NCBI GenBank assembly: GCA_020636535.1
Contig: JACJXT010000011.1
Location: forward strand, 1,202,151-1,266,150
DNA: 64,000 nt
DNA from: Chitinophagales bacterium
GTDB taxonomy: Bacteria > Bacteroidota > Bacteroidia > Chitinophagales > JADIYW01
Direction: 5' to 3'
Both the position numbers and the translations under genes were made by a program. The notes beneath the pieces are model-generated. The model saw nothing but the letters and a program-made list of their open reading frames with translations. It had not been told where the DNA came from and did not search any database. Shown here piece after piece: positions 1-10,028 of this stretch; positions within the stretch are counted from its first letter, which is position 1; every line of letters starts with the position of its first letter.

Positions 1-570
1 AGTTAAAACTATGCACTTTAGTGCATTTCGCTTTAGCTTCTAAAAATGTTTACTTTTGTAGTATGGAATACCAAAGAGTCAATGGTCATAGCGTATCACG
101 GCTTACAGTACATATTGTATGGGCTACAAAATATAGATATGCAGTATTGGAAGGAGATATAAAAGTAAGGTGTAGAAGTCTTTTGATACAAATATGTGAA
201 GCAGAAGATATTTTAATATTGAAAGGAGTGGTATCCAAAGATCATATTCATATGCATATAGAATATCGTCCATCACAATCAATAAGTAGCATGGTAAAAT
301 TATTGAAAGGACGCAGTTCACGAAAATTACAGATAGAGTTTCCAGAGTTAAAGAAGAGATATTGGGGGCGTCATTTTTGGGCAATAGGTTATGGTTGCTG
401 GAGTACAGGTAATATAACAGATGAAATGGTAAATGAATACTTAGAACATCATAGGAATCCAAATACGAACTCAAATGATAATTTTATAATTGAATAGAGA
501 AGTACTGTCCGAAATAGGACTTTCAGTCCGTAACAAAACTATGGACTTTTAGTCCATAGTGGTTTATTTG
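1..570 (+). mobile_element. IS200/IS605-family insertion sequence, copy 1 (left edge coincides with window start, so true left end unknown)
   Basis: 1-570 matches 13771-14340 at about 98% identity (about 10 substitutions). Subterminal hairpins: atgcac-ttta-gtgcat (11-26), ggact-ttc-agtcc (517-529), atggact-ttt-agtccat (541-557). Left and right hairpins are both preceded by aaaact. Carries a single Y1-transposase gene. Confidence 0.85.
63..497 (+). CDS. tnpA: IS200/IS605 family Y1 (HUH) transposase TnpA
   Basis: About 144 aa with the IS200 pattern: HIVWATKYRY, then the HUH-like KDHIHMHIEY, then FWAIGYGCWSTG. I start at the ATG at 63 (MEYQRVNGHS) because 21-62 overlaps the left-end hairpin. 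Confidence 0.85.
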   Translation: MEYQRVNGHSVSRLTVHIVWATKYRYAVLEGDIKVRCRSLLIQICEAEDILILKGVVSKDHIHMHIEYRPSQSISSMVKLLKGRSSRKLQIEFPELKKRYWGRHFWAIGYGCWSTGNITDEMVNEYLEHHRNPNTNSNDNFIIE

Positions 571-789
571 TATTAATAAACAGGTTAAAGATTGGTTTCC
601 AACTAACGATAAAGCATATTCTTCAGAATTTACAATAGATTTTTCCGAAAAAGAGAAAAATTATAAAATCGAATTTAAAAATGGGAAATTAAATGACTGT
701 ACCAATTACTATGCATGATATAGCAATCAAAGAAGTACTAGTAAGGAGAGTGTACTATTTAATTAAATTAAAAAAATAATCATGCTAAA

Positions 790-1449
790 ATGAATATTCC
801 AAGAGTTAAAATTTGTTGTATCAGTAGTATAGAAGAAGCTAAAATGGCTATAGCTTGTGGTGCTGCTGCATTGGGTTTAGTTGGACATATGCCAAGTGGT
901 CCAGGAGTAATAAAAGACGAGTTAATTGCCGAGATTGTTAAAATAGTTCCGCCACCTATTGCAACATTTTTATTAACAAGTGAAACAAATTCAAGAAACA
1001 TTATCAATCATTATAAAAAAACAAATACTACTACCATTCAAATTGTAGATGAATTAGAAGAACGAGCATACGATTTGCTACGAAAAGAATTGCCTAATGT
1101 AAAACTGGTGCAAGTAATTCATGTTATTGATGAACATTCAGTAAAGGAAGCAATTGAAATATCTAAGTTTGTAGATGCCATATTATTAGATAGTGGCAAT
1201 CCGAATTTATCGGTTAAAGAATTAGGAGGTACAGGCAGAACACACGACTGGGAACTCAGTACGCAAATTAGAAATTCAATTGCTATTCCAATTTTTCTTG
1301 CAGGCGGACTAAATAAAGACAATGTAAAAGAAGCCATTACAAAAGTACAACCATTTGGATTAGATTTGTGTAGTAGTGTACGCACCAATGGCAAACTCGA
1401 CAATCAAAAGTTAACAGCATTCTTTAATGCAATCGAAGCAATAAAATAA
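790..1449 (+). CDS. trpF: phosphoribosylanthranilate isomerase-like (TrpF family)
   Basis: VKICCISS N-terminus, LDSG...GGTGRTHDW and FLAGGLNKDNV motifs typical of PRAI. No other trp genes are nearby. Confidence 0.65.
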   Translation: MNIPRVKICCISSIEEAKMAIACGAAALGLVGHMPSGPGVIKDELIAEIVKIVPPPIATFLLTSETNSRNIINHYKKTNTTTIQIVDELEERAYDLLRKELPNVKLVQVIHVIDEHSVKEAIEISKFVDAILLDSGNPNLSVKELGGTGRTHDWELSTQIRNSIAIPIFLAGGLNKDNVKEAITKVQPFGLDLCSSVRTNGKLDNQKLTAFFNAIEAIK

Positions 1450-1598
1450 TTACTAATACTTTTACAACTGCTTTCAAATACTTGGAAAATAGTTTAATTG
1501 TCTCACTATTTTTAGTGATTTTTTAGTACTTCTTAACTATTTAGAAACATTTTAGCTCGTTTTTGCGTAGAAACCAATGAACTAAACTTTGTTATTTT

Positions 1599-2474
1599 AT
1601 GAAACAACTTAAAATAAACACTAGAATTACATCTAGAGATAGCGTATCTGTAGATAAATATTTGAACGAAATTTCCAAACTTTCTTTACTTAATGAAGAG
1701 CAAGAAGTTGCTTTAGCAAAAAGAGTGAGGCAAGGTGATGCAAAAGCTTTAAATGATTTAATTAAAGCCAATTTGCGTTTTGTGGTTTCTGTTGCCAAAC
1801 AATATCAAAGTCAAGGTTTGTCGTTAAACGATTTAATTAATGAAGGCAATATTGGGTTGATAAAAGCAGCCTCCAAATTTGATGAAACCAAAGGATTTAA
1901 ATTTATTTCTTATGCTGTTTGGTGGATTCGTCAGTCAATTTTACAAGCATTAATAGAGCAACCAAGAGTAGTGCGTTTGCCAATGAACAAAGCTACTTTT
2001 TATAATAAAATTTTGGTAGCTTCTCAAGAGTTCGAGCAAAAAAACGAGCGAGAACCATCTAATATGGAATTAGCAGAAATTTTAAATGTAGATGCTACCG
2101 ACTTAGCTTTCTTAAGAAGTACGCTAGCTTATCACTTGTCAATAGATTCGCCATTAGATAATAATAGTGATGAAGATAGTTCAACGACCAACTTAGATTT
2201 AATGCAAGATTATAATGTAGAAAATCCAGATGATGAATTAATGAAACAATCAATGCGTCATGAAATAGAAAATGCCTTGCATCAGCTTACAGATAGAGAA
2301 AGAGAAATTTTAGAACTCTATTTTGGTATCAACAATAACAAATTGGCATATAGCTTAGATGAAATTGGTAGCAAATTAAGCTTAACAAGAGAAAGAGTAC
2401 GACAACTTAAAGACAAAGCACTTAGAAAAATTAAAAGACACGCTAAAAATAACAGCTTAAATGTTTATTTGTAG
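1599..2474 (+). CDS. rpoD: RNA polymerase sigma-70 family factor (primary sigma, Bacteroidota short type)
   Basis: Region 2 (NLRFVVSVAKQY...GNIGLIKAASKFD...FISYAVWWIRQSI) and region 4 (LTDREREILELYFG...LDEIGSKLSLTRERVRQLKDKALRKI). Confidence 0.85.
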   Translation: MKQLKINTRITSRDSVSVDKYLNEISKLSLLNEEQEVALAKRVRQGDAKALNDLIKANLRFVVSVAKQYQSQGLSLNDLINEGNIGLIKAASKFDETKGFKFISYAVWWIRQSILQALIEQPRVVRLPMNKATFYNKILVASQEFEQKNEREPSNMELAEILNVDATDLAFLRSTLAYHLSIDSPLDNNSDEDSSTTNLDLMQDYNVENPDDELMKQSMRHEIENALHQLTDREREILELYFGINNNKLAYSLDEIGSKLSLTRERVRQLKDKALRKIKRHAKNNSLNVYL

Positions 2475-2498
2475 CAAAAGAAAACTTTTATAATCTAG

Positions 2499-2638
2499 TT
2501 GTGCATTTAGATACAAAAAAAAGTAAAAATCGTCATTCTCAACTTGATTGGGAATCTTTTTTACGATTTTTACGACAGATTCCAGATAAATTTCTCCGTT
2601 ATACTACGAAATTTTCTGGAATGACGCCCAATGCACAA
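2499..2638. repeat. compound palindromic element between convergent rpoD and thioesterase genes
   Basis: Outer inverted repeat ttgtgcatt (2499-2507) / aatgcacaa (2630-2638). It encloses an 11-bp stem gtaaaaatcgt/acgatttttac (2523-2533 / 2563-2573) and a 15-bp bulged stem attccagataaatttc/gaaattttctggaat (2579-2594 / 2608-2622). Confidence 0.6.
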
Positions 2639-2645
2639 CAGGTTT

Positions 2646-3074
2646 TTATACATACTGATTAAAAGCATCAATTAGTTTATCTGTCCAAGGAATAGATTGT
2701 TTGCCATTAGTAGCTACAATAATGCCTTCACCATGTGCTGCAATTTCATTATTTTTACTACAATTTTTTACCACATGATGTACTATTAAACTCGTATTAC
2801 CTACTTTTTTTATAGCAACGCTTATTTCAATCTCATTAGGATATTTTACTTCTCTAACAAAATTGCATTCTAGTTTGGCTACTACAATTTTTATTTGCTC
2901 AGCAGCCAACAGTTTCCAAATACCGCTTTCATTAAAAAAGGTAATTCTGCCAGTTTCAAAATATCTAAAATATTGTACATTATTAATGTGATTAAAAGCA
3001 TCCATTTCGCCCCAATAAACTTGCTGTTTTATAGGAAACGGAAATTGCAACTGGTCTAATTCTTGAATTTGCAT
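2646..3074 (-). CDS. acyl-CoA thioesterase (4HBT/YbgC-like hotdog fold)
   Basis: 142 aa. N-terminal VYWGEMDAFNHINNVQYFRYFE is typical of 4HBT thioesterases. Confidence 0.65.
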   Translation of the reverse strand: MQIQELDQLQFPFPIKQQVYWGEMDAFNHINNVQYFRYFETGRITFFNESGIWKLLAAEQIKIVVAKLECNFVREVKYPNEIEISVAIKKVGNTSLIVHHVVKNCSKNNEIAAHGEGIIVATNGKQSIPWTDKLIDAFNQYV

Positions 3075-3142
3075 GTGCGAAGATAAAAAAAATAGTCATT
3101 TGATTAATGATTACAAATACTCAAACAACTATTTTATAGAAT

Positions 3143-3904
3143 CTAAAATTCTTCTTTATCCACATCTTTAGCTAAGTTTTCTATAGCTTCTTTATTGAGT
3201 AATATTTCTAGTGTGTCATCAGGCAAAGTATCGGTTGGCTCATTTATAATAGCTTTATCTTCTTTTTGATATTTTTTATATTTTCTTTCCTTATATTTTT
3301 CTTTGCGTTTTTCTAAGGCAGCTTTGCGTTTCGCTCTTTGCTCTGCTTGTTTTAACTTTTTCAACTCAAGCTGTGCTTCTAACTCTTTTTGTTTTTCTGC
3401 TCGTCTTAAAGCTTTGGCTTGTTTTTCTTCTTCGGTCATTGGTTCAACCATTTTCACTTGATGTGGTTTAACTTCAAATCTATCGTCAACAGGAACTTCA
3501 AATGTCCACCATAAAAATTGTATTAAACATGTACCAACACTACGCATTTGCACACTAAACGACAATAAATGATTGAGTGCTTGAAAAAAAGCAGAGATAT
3601 TACTTAGATGAGTTGTAGTTTTAAAAATTTCGGTACTATTGCCTTTAATTTTTTTAGGATAATGGTAATTCATTCTTCCTATAACTAAATCAGAACTATT
3701 ATATACATCAGTTTCTATAGATAAAATTTTTATAGGCAAAAAAAACGAATTAGTAATTCGTATATCTGTTTCAGTTTCAACTTGTGTTAAGCCAATTTTT
3801 TTAGTGCGTACTTCAATAATATCTACCATAGGTCTAGACTGTGCTTTTTTAATCACAATCTTGTGTATCCATCTTTTAATAAATCCAAACATATTGATTA
3901 TCAA
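3143..3904 (-). CDS. hypothetical protein with Lys/Glu-rich C-terminal half
   Basis: Long ORF. The C-terminal ~100 aa are a low-complexity K/E/A coiled region. No motif recognised. Confidence 0.4.
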   Translation of the reverse strand: MIINMFGFIKRWIHKIVIKKAQSRPMVDIIEVRTKKIGLTQVETETDIRITNSFFLPIKILSIETDVYNSSDLVIGRMNYHYPKKIKGNSTEIFKTTTHLSNISAFFQALNHLLSFSVQMRSVGTCLIQFLWWTFEVPVDDRFEVKPHQVKMVEPMTEEEKQAKALRRAEKQKELEAQLELKKLKQAEQRAKRKAALEKRKEKYKERKYKKYQKEDKAIINEPTDTLPDDTLEILLNKEAIENLAKDVDKEEF

Positions 3905-3976
3905 TTATCTGTTAAAATAAAGCAAATTATTTTATAAATTCCTATGCATTAGTTAATTTCAAGATAAATTATAACT

Positions 3977-5215
3977 ATGGAAACAATTATTGCAATTCCT
4001 GTTTTTGTATTATTACTTTTGTTGGAGTTTTTTTATATGCGAAAAAAACAGAAACATTATTATCGATTGAATGATGCCATTACTAATTTGAATATAGGTA
4101 TTGGTCATGTTATTTCTAAAGTTGTAGTAGGTCTTTTGCTTATTGGCGTATATGATTTTGTGTATACACATCGAATAATTACCTTACCTAATAATATATT
4201 AACTATTTTATTTTGTTTAGTAGCTTACGATTTCTTTTTTTATTGGGCACACAGAATTGGTCATGAAATGAACTTTTTTTGGGGAGCTCATGGTGTACAT
4301 CATCAAAGCGAAGATTATAATTTAAGCGTAGCATTAAGACAGTCTTGGTTACATGCATCTATTGCTTTTTTTATATTTTTGCCAATTCCATTTGTAGGTG
4401 TTTCGGCAGAAGTTTTTTTTCCAGTATTAGCAATTAATTCTTTTTATCAATTTTGGATACATACCGATGTTATTAATAGAATGCCAAAGTGGTTTGAAGC
4501 AATTTTTAATTCGCCTACGCATCACAGAGTGCATCATGGTAGAAATCCCAAATACATCGACAAAAATCATGCTGGTATGTTTATTATTTGGGATAAACTA
4601 TTTGGAACATTTCAAGAAGAAGAAGAAAAACCAACTTATGGTATTACTAAACCTCTCAATTCTTGGAATCCGTTTTATGCAAATATAGAATACTATTTAA
4701 GTATGTTTAAAGCATCAAAACAAATGAAATGGAAAGATAAACTGAAATTTATTTTTGCAAAACCAGGTTGGCAACCAGATTATTTAGGTGGAGAAATTCC
4801 TGTGCCATCAATAGAAAATGAAACGATAAAGTATGATGTAAAACCAAGAACAAACGGAATAAACATATATGTTTTAGTGCAGTTTATTTTTATTATTATT
4901 GGATTGATGGCATATCTTTATTACTACGATACACTACCATTATTTCATAAAATATTTTGGTTTGCAATGGTTATGCTCTCTATTTTTTCAAGTAGTGCTA
5001 TAATTGAACAAAAAAAATGGGCAAGGTATGTAGAGATTATTCGACTGATTATTATTGTTGTAGGATTAAATATCTTATATTTTTCTAATTATTATAATTG
5101 GGCAATAGTTACAGCTGTAATCTCTATTCCAATAACCATTTATTTCATAGTATGGTATCTATTAAATTTAAAAGACAAATACATTTTTGGATTTATGTCA
5201 AAACAAACAGCATAA
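3977..5215 (+). CDS. fatty acid hydroxylase / sterol desaturase family membrane protein
   Basis: Three histidine boxes (HRIGHE, HGVHHQ, HHRVHH) in a polytopic N-terminal domain, plus an extra hydrophobic C-terminal domain. Confidence 0.75.
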   Translation: METIIAIPVFVLLLLLEFFYMRKKQKHYYRLNDAITNLNIGIGHVISKVVVGLLLIGVYDFVYTHRIITLPNNILTILFCLVAYDFFFYWAHRIGHEMNFFWGAHGVHHQSEDYNLSVALRQSWLHASIAFFIFLPIPFVGVSAEVFFPVLAINSFYQFWIHTDVINRMPKWFEAIFNSPTHHRVHHGRNPKYIDKNHAGMFIIWDKLFGTFQEEEEKPTYGITKPLNSWNPFYANIEYYLSMFKASKQMKWKDKLKFIFAKPGWQPDYLGGEIPVPSIENETIKYDVKPRTNGINIYVLVQFIFIIIGLMAYLYYYDTLPLFHKIFWFAMVMLSIFSSSAIIEQKKWARYVEIIRLIIIVVGLNILYFSNYYNWAIVTAVISIPITIYFIVWYLLNLKDKYIFGFMSKQTA

Positions 5216-5258
5216 TGTGATTTTTTTGAAAAGATTCAGAATTTATTTTAAAATCTCT

Positions 5259-5277
5259 TTCTGAACTTGTTTCAGAA
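5259..5277. terminator. hairpin between convergent genes (possible bidirectional terminator)
   Basis: ttctgaa-cttgt-ttcagaa stem-loop flanked by T/A runs. It lies between the 3' ends of 3977-5215 (+) and 5338-5736 (-). Confidence 0.4.
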
Positions 5278-5337
5278 TCTCTTTTTAAATTTATCATTGG
5301 AAAGATAGAATTGCTAAGTCTCTACAATAAATTCATA

Positions 5338-5736
5338 CTATTTCATTTTCTGACACAACTCAATCAATACACCATTAGCACTTTTTGGATGTACAAAACA
5401 AACCAATTTATTCATTGCACCTTTATAAGGTTGTTCGCTTAGCAATTTAAAACCTTCTTCTTTTAAACGATGCATTTCCGCATAAATATCTTCCACTTCA
5501 AAACATACATGATGCATACCATCACCTTTTTGTAAAAACTTATGTATTGCACTCTTTTCAGATAAAGAACTAATTAATTCCACTTTGGTATCTTCTAATT
5601 CATAAAACAATACTTTTAAATGCTGTGCTTCCATGGTTTCTTCATGAAAAGGTTGTTTATTTAATAATTTATTATATAATTGTTCTGCAGTATTTAAATC
5701 ATTCACAGCAATACCAATATGGTCTATTTTTTTCAT
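5338..5736 (-). CDS. mce: methylmalonyl-CoA epimerase (VOC/glyoxalase fold)
   Basis: 132 aa. IDHIGIAVNDL start and HHVCFEVEDI metal-binding pattern are typical of the epimerase subgroup. Confidence 0.65.
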   Translation of the reverse strand: MKKIDHIGIAVNDLNTAEQLYNKLLNKQPFHEETMEAQHLKVLFYELEDTKVELISSLSEKSAIHKFLQKGDGMHHVCFEVEDIYAEMHRLKEEGFKLLSEQPYKGAMNKLVCFVHPKSANGVLIELCQKMK

Positions 5737-5785
5737 TGTTGTAATCTATTTTTTACAAAGCTAAATATAATTACTAATTTTACTG

Positions 5786-6907
5786 ATGATTTATCTAGAT
5801 TATAACGCTACAACACCAGTCGACGAAAAGGTACTTCAAGCAATGTTACCTTATTTTACTACACATTTTGGCAATGCTGCTAGTGCAACTCATACATTTG
5901 GTTGGATTGCAAAAGATGTGGTAGAAACTGCACGCAACAATATTGCTCAACATTTAAATTGTAGCGAAAGCGAAATCATATTTACTTCTGGTGCTACCGA
6001 AAGTTTAAATTTAGCAATTAAAGGTATTTATGAAAGATATCAAACCAAAGGCAATCACATTATAACATGTAAAACAGAACACAATGCAGTACTCGATACT
6101 TGTAAATATTTAGAAACAAAAGGTGCTACTATTTCGTATTTATCTGTTGATGAAAATGGACTAATCAATCTTGATGAATTAGAAAAATGCATTACAGATA
6201 AAACAATATTAGTAGCTATAATGTTGGCAAATAACGAAACTGGAGTAATACAACCGATTCAAGACATTGCCAAAATTACACATCAAAAAAATACTATTTT
6301 ATGTTGCGATGCTACACAAGCACTAGGTAAAATTCCAGTAGATGTACAACAACTAAATGTAGATGTAATGGCATTTTCTGGACATAAAATGTATGCACCA
6401 AAAGGCATTGGAGCTTTGTATATTAGAAGAAGAAATCCAAGAGTAACACTTACGCCTTTATTACATGGTGGAGGTCATGAAAAATCGTATCGTAGTGGTA
6501 CGCTAAATGTTCCAGCAATTGTTGGCTTGTCAAAAGCAGTTGATATTATTTCGTTTGATAATCAGCTAGCTACAATGCGTAATGATTTAGAAAATAAGTT
6601 ATTAGATAAATTTGGTGATAAAATAAAAATCAATGGAATTAATGCACCAAGACTTCCCAATACAAGCAATATATTGTTTCCAATAGATGCAGTAGATATC
6701 ATCAAACAAATAAAAATGAAAGTAGCAGTATCAACTGGTTCTGCTTGTACATCAGCAGAAAACAAACCATCTCATGTATTAACTGCTATGCACTTAACAG
6801 AACAAGAAGCAAAAAAATGCATTCGATTTAGCTTTGGTAAATACAATACTATGGAAGATGTAGAACAAGTACTCACAATATTGAGCAATACAATCAATAT
6901 TGATTAA
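5786..6907 (+). CDS. cysteine desulfurase (NifS/IscS class V aminotransferase)
   Basis: IYLDYNATTP start, PLP-lysine motif FSGHKMYAPKGIG, catalytic loop STGSACTS. Confidence 0.85.
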   Translation: MIYLDYNATTPVDEKVLQAMLPYFTTHFGNAASATHTFGWIAKDVVETARNNIAQHLNCSESEIIFTSGATESLNLAIKGIYERYQTKGNHIITCKTEHNAVLDTCKYLETKGATISYLSVDENGLINLDELEKCITDKTILVAIMLANNETGVIQPIQDIAKITHQKNTILCCDATQALGKIPVDVQQLNVDVMAFSGHKMYAPKGIGALYIRRRNPRVTLTPLLHGGGHEKSYRSGTLNVPAIVGLSKAVDIISFDNQLATMRNDLENKLLDKFGDKIKINGINAPRLPNTSNILFPIDAVDIIKQIKMKVAVSTGSACTSAENKPSHVLTAMHLTEQEAKKCIRFSFGKYNTMEDVEQVLTILSNTINID

Positions 6908-7096
6908 TAATTAAAATTATATATATTAATAAAAATATTTTACATTTCGAACATTCTCTAATTTTGAAGTATGAGAAATGTACCGAATCTATTTATTCGA
7001 AGAGAATACCTGAGGATCTGCCTCGGAGTGAAAGAGGAAAAGTATGAAAAACGGATGGTTTTTCATAACACTTTGAAAAAAGTGTAGCTTTGAGTT

Positions 7097-7632
7097 ATGG
7101 ATGACCACATTAAAAAACGGCATAACAAAACCTTACTTCTATATCATATTGTTTTCCCAGTGAAATATAGGAAATCTGTGATTACAAAAGAGTTTAGCAA
7201 TGGCTTGAAGGAGATATGTCTTGATATATCGGAACGATATGAAATTAACTTTATAGAGATTGGCTATGAAGAGAACCATGTTCATTTTTAGTACAGAGAG
7301 TTCCTTTAATGTCGGTTAGCTAAATATGTATGAAGGTAAAAAGTATAACAGCAAAAGAAATATTCAGACGTTTACCTGAAGTAAAAACTAAATTGTGGGG
7401 AGGGAATTTTTGGACAAGTGGTTATTATACAAATACAGTTGGACAGTATGGAAATAAAGATGTTATAAAAAAGTATATTGAAAACAAAGGAAAAGAAAAG
7501 GAATACAAAAAAGTTTATGAAGATCAACTCACACTTTTTGGGACAGTATACCCAAACCAGAAAAACAGCCATAAAAGCAATAGAAATAAGCCAAAAAACA
7601 CTAAAAAACACCATAAAAAGCTTAATCTTTAA
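7097..7632 (+). pseudogene. decayed IS200-like Y1 transposase gene (a different lineage from the two intact copies)
   Basis: 7097-7291 encodes YHIVFPVKYRK...HVHF, then a stop. Shifting one base in the T-run at about 7283-7288 gives LVQRVPLMSVS, then a TAA at about 7320. The same frame continues as MKVKSITAKEIF...LWGGNFWTSGYYTNTVGQ (7330-7632). That is one frameshift plus one nonsense. A 10-bp stem tatgaaaaac/gtttttcata lies upstream at about 7043-7067. Confidence 0.7.
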
Positions 7633-7959
7633 CATTTGTGTACCAGTAAGCTACTAAAAGTACCACACAAAAATATTATGCCTTATAAAATACTGTTTAT
7701 CAAAAATTTAAATTTAAACGAATCTTAAAAGGTGATACAGCTACGCTGTATTTTATAAATTTTTCTATCCTTTCTATTAAGGTTGAAGTGCTACGCACTT
7801 ATTAAGTTAATAAAATAATTTAATATAATAGATCCCGTATATTTTTCGTTTCTCAAAATTACAGAAAGACGAAAACACAGTTACTAAAAACCTACTTTTA
7901 CTTTATCTTGTCCTTATAAATGCACAATAGATAGAATATAGTAAGCTTCTTATAAATTA

Positions 7960-9324
7960 TTAAAGCAATGTGCCTTTTAGCAATAAAGTGGCTACTGTAA
8001 AATAGATGAGTAATCCTGTAACATCTACTATAGTTGCTACAAATGGAGCTGAACTTGTAGCTGGATCAAAACCAACTCTTTTTAGTACAAATGGCAACAT
8101 TGAGCCAATAAATGTTCCAAGCAATACAATTCCTACTAATGTTATTCCTACTGTTAATCCAATTAAAACTGCATTATCACCATAAACTCCACTCATTTCA
8201 TTCCATATAAAAACACGCATAAATCCTAATGCACCTAAAATTCCGCCTAACATTAAGCCCGACAAAAATTCTCGTTTCATTACATACCACCAATCTTCTA
8301 ATTTAATTTCGGCAATGGCTAATGAACGAATAATTAGTGTTGCTGCTTGCGAACCAGAATTTCCTCCACTAGAAATAATTAAAGGAATAAAGGTAGCGAG
8401 AACGACTGCTTTTGCAATTTCATCTTCAAAAAAAGCCATTGCTGTTGCAGTTAATAATTCGCCCAAGAAAAGAATGACTAACCAACCTGCTCTTTTCTTT
8501 ACCATTTCTAATAATGGTGTTTCTTCATAGGTTGTTTCTAAAGAATCCATACCACCAAATTTTTGCATGTCTTCGGTAGTTTCTTCTTCTTCAATATCCA
8601 TGATATCATCGAATGTTATAATACCAACTAGCACTTGGTCGCCAGCTAAAACTGGTAGTGCTTGTCTATCATATTGTTTAAATGTTTGAACTACTTCTTC
8701 TATATCATCATTTACATTTACATATATGAATCGTTCGTCCATTAAATCTTTGACCATAGTATTTGGTTCAGCAAATAAAAAATGACCTATTCTAATATCA
8801 TCAATTAGTCTGCCTTTGTTGTCTACCACATAAATCATGTTGACAGTTTCACTTTTCTTGCCAAATTTTCTAATATGGTCGAACACTTGTTGCACTGTCC
8901 AATCTTGTTTTACTGCAACATAGTAAGGAGTCATATATCTACCGACAGAATACTCTGGATAACCTAATAATTCGGTAGCAATTTTTCTTTCTTCATCCGA
9001 CAATAAATTCATTGTCTTTCTTAAAACTTTGCTTGGCAACTCTTCTAGTAACTGAGTTCTGTCATCTGGCGACATTCGATTTAAGATGTCGGTCATTTTT
9101 GCCTGACCTAACAACTTTAACATTTCTACTTGCGTATTTAGATCGATGTCTTCGAAAGTTCTAGCAGCCATTTTTAATGGCAAGATTCTAAAAACGACTA
9201 CTTGGTCTTCTACTTCTAGTGATTCGATAAATTCGGCAACTTCACTAGGATGCATAGCGGTTAGCTCTGTTCTAAGCTGAAACCATTGCTCCTCGTTTAG
9301 TAATTGCTCCAATTTATCAAACAT
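7960..9324 (-). CDS. mgtE: magnesium transporter MgtE
   Basis: N-domain, two CBS-like segments and a C-terminal 5-TM domain with the GGNSGSQAATL and PFVATIVDVTGL motifs. Confidence 0.9.
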   Translation of the reverse strand: MFDKLEQLLNEEQWFQLRTELTAMHPSEVAEFIESLEVEDQVVVFRILPLKMAARTFEDIDLNTQVEMLKLLGQAKMTDILNRMSPDDRTQLLEELPSKVLRKTMNLLSDEERKIATELLGYPEYSVGRYMTPYYVAVKQDWTVQQVFDHIRKFGKKSETVNMIYVVDNKGRLIDDIRIGHFLFAEPNTMVKDLMDERFIYVNVNDDIEEVVQTFKQYDRQALPVLAGDQVLVGIITFDDIMDIEEEETTEDMQKFGGMDSLETTYEETPLLEMVKKRAGWLVILFLGELLTATAMAFFEDEIAKAVVLATFIPLIISSGGNSGSQAATLIIRSLAIAEIKLEDWWYVMKREFLSGLMLGGILGALGFMRVFIWNEMSGVYGDNAVLIGLTVGITLVGIVLLGTFIGSMLPFVLKRVGFDPATSSAPFVATIVDVTGLLIYFTVATLLLKGTLL

Positions 9325-9531
9325 GGTGCAAAGATAGGCAAATTTTGGTCTATTCGTTACTAGTCATGGCTAAAGAATCACTTCTTGTGTATTCAGTCGC
9401 TATAGTTTATCAGTGTTTCTATTACTAGTTTTATACTAGGATTTTATGTATCACATTATAATGCTGTAATGATACTCAAACTTAAGCTATTAATAGATAC
9501 TAATCAATTGATATTTTAATATCTTTATTGA

Positions 9532-10023
9532 ATGAAACAACAAGAATGGAAAAGTATTTATACCATGTATGAAACTTTAGAGGAATTGCCAGTGCATTTG
9601 CAAGCATTAATTTTAGCAGCACAAAAAGCACAGTTGGCAAGCTATGCACCTTATTCTAATTTTTATGTAGGTGCGGCAATTTTGTTAGACAACGGACAAA
9701 TAATAGAAGGTAGCAATCAAGAAAATGCATCTTATCCAATTGGTTTGTGTGCAGAAAGAACAGTTTTAAGTGCAAAGGTTGCTGTAGCACCAAATCAAAA
9801 AATACAAACAATAGCTATTGTTGCTAAGTCAGATTTTATACAAGTAGAAAAGCCAGTTGCACCTTGTGGTATTTGCAGACAAACGCTTTTAGAAACAGAA
9901 TTACAACAAGAACAAGCTATTCAAATAGTATTGTACGGAAATAATGGAACTTCTTTTGTATTTAATAGCGTAAAAGAAATTTTGCCATTACATTTCGACG
10001 CATCAGAAACATTTAAACTATAA
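9532..10023 (+). CDS. cdd: cytidine deaminase
   Basis: Zinc motifs CAERTVL and PCGICRQ. Size 163 aa. Confidence 0.8.
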   Translation: MKQQEWKSIYTMYETLEELPVHLQALILAAQKAQLASYAPYSNFYVGAAILLDNGQIIEGSNQENASYPIGLCAERTVLSAKVAVAPNQKIQTIAIVAKSDFIQVEKPVAPCGICRQTLLETELQQEQAIQIVLYGNNGTSFVFNSVKEILPLHFDASETFKL

Positions 10024-10028
10024 CAAAT

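Noticed and set aside
124-474. 116-aa antisense ORFs inside both IS200 transposase genes (also 13894-14244)
   Set aside because: They lie opposite a well-supported tnpA frame and have low-complexity Leu/Ile/Tyr-rich translations typical of AT-rich antisense frames.
571-722. 50-codon open frame (…DWFPTNDKAYSSEFTIDFSEKEKNYKIEFKNGKLNDCTNYYA*) abutting the right end of IS copy 1, possibly the tail of a gene split by the IS
   Set aside because: It has no start codon, and the putative upstream half would lie beyond the window start. It cannot be supported from this sequence alone.
9325-9531. Possible Mg2+ (M-box) riboswitch upstream of mgtE
   Set aside because: Reading the minus-strand leader, I could not find the conserved M-box core or a convincing multi-helix structure. 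The region is a short AT-rich divergent promoter. A covariance-model scan would settle it.
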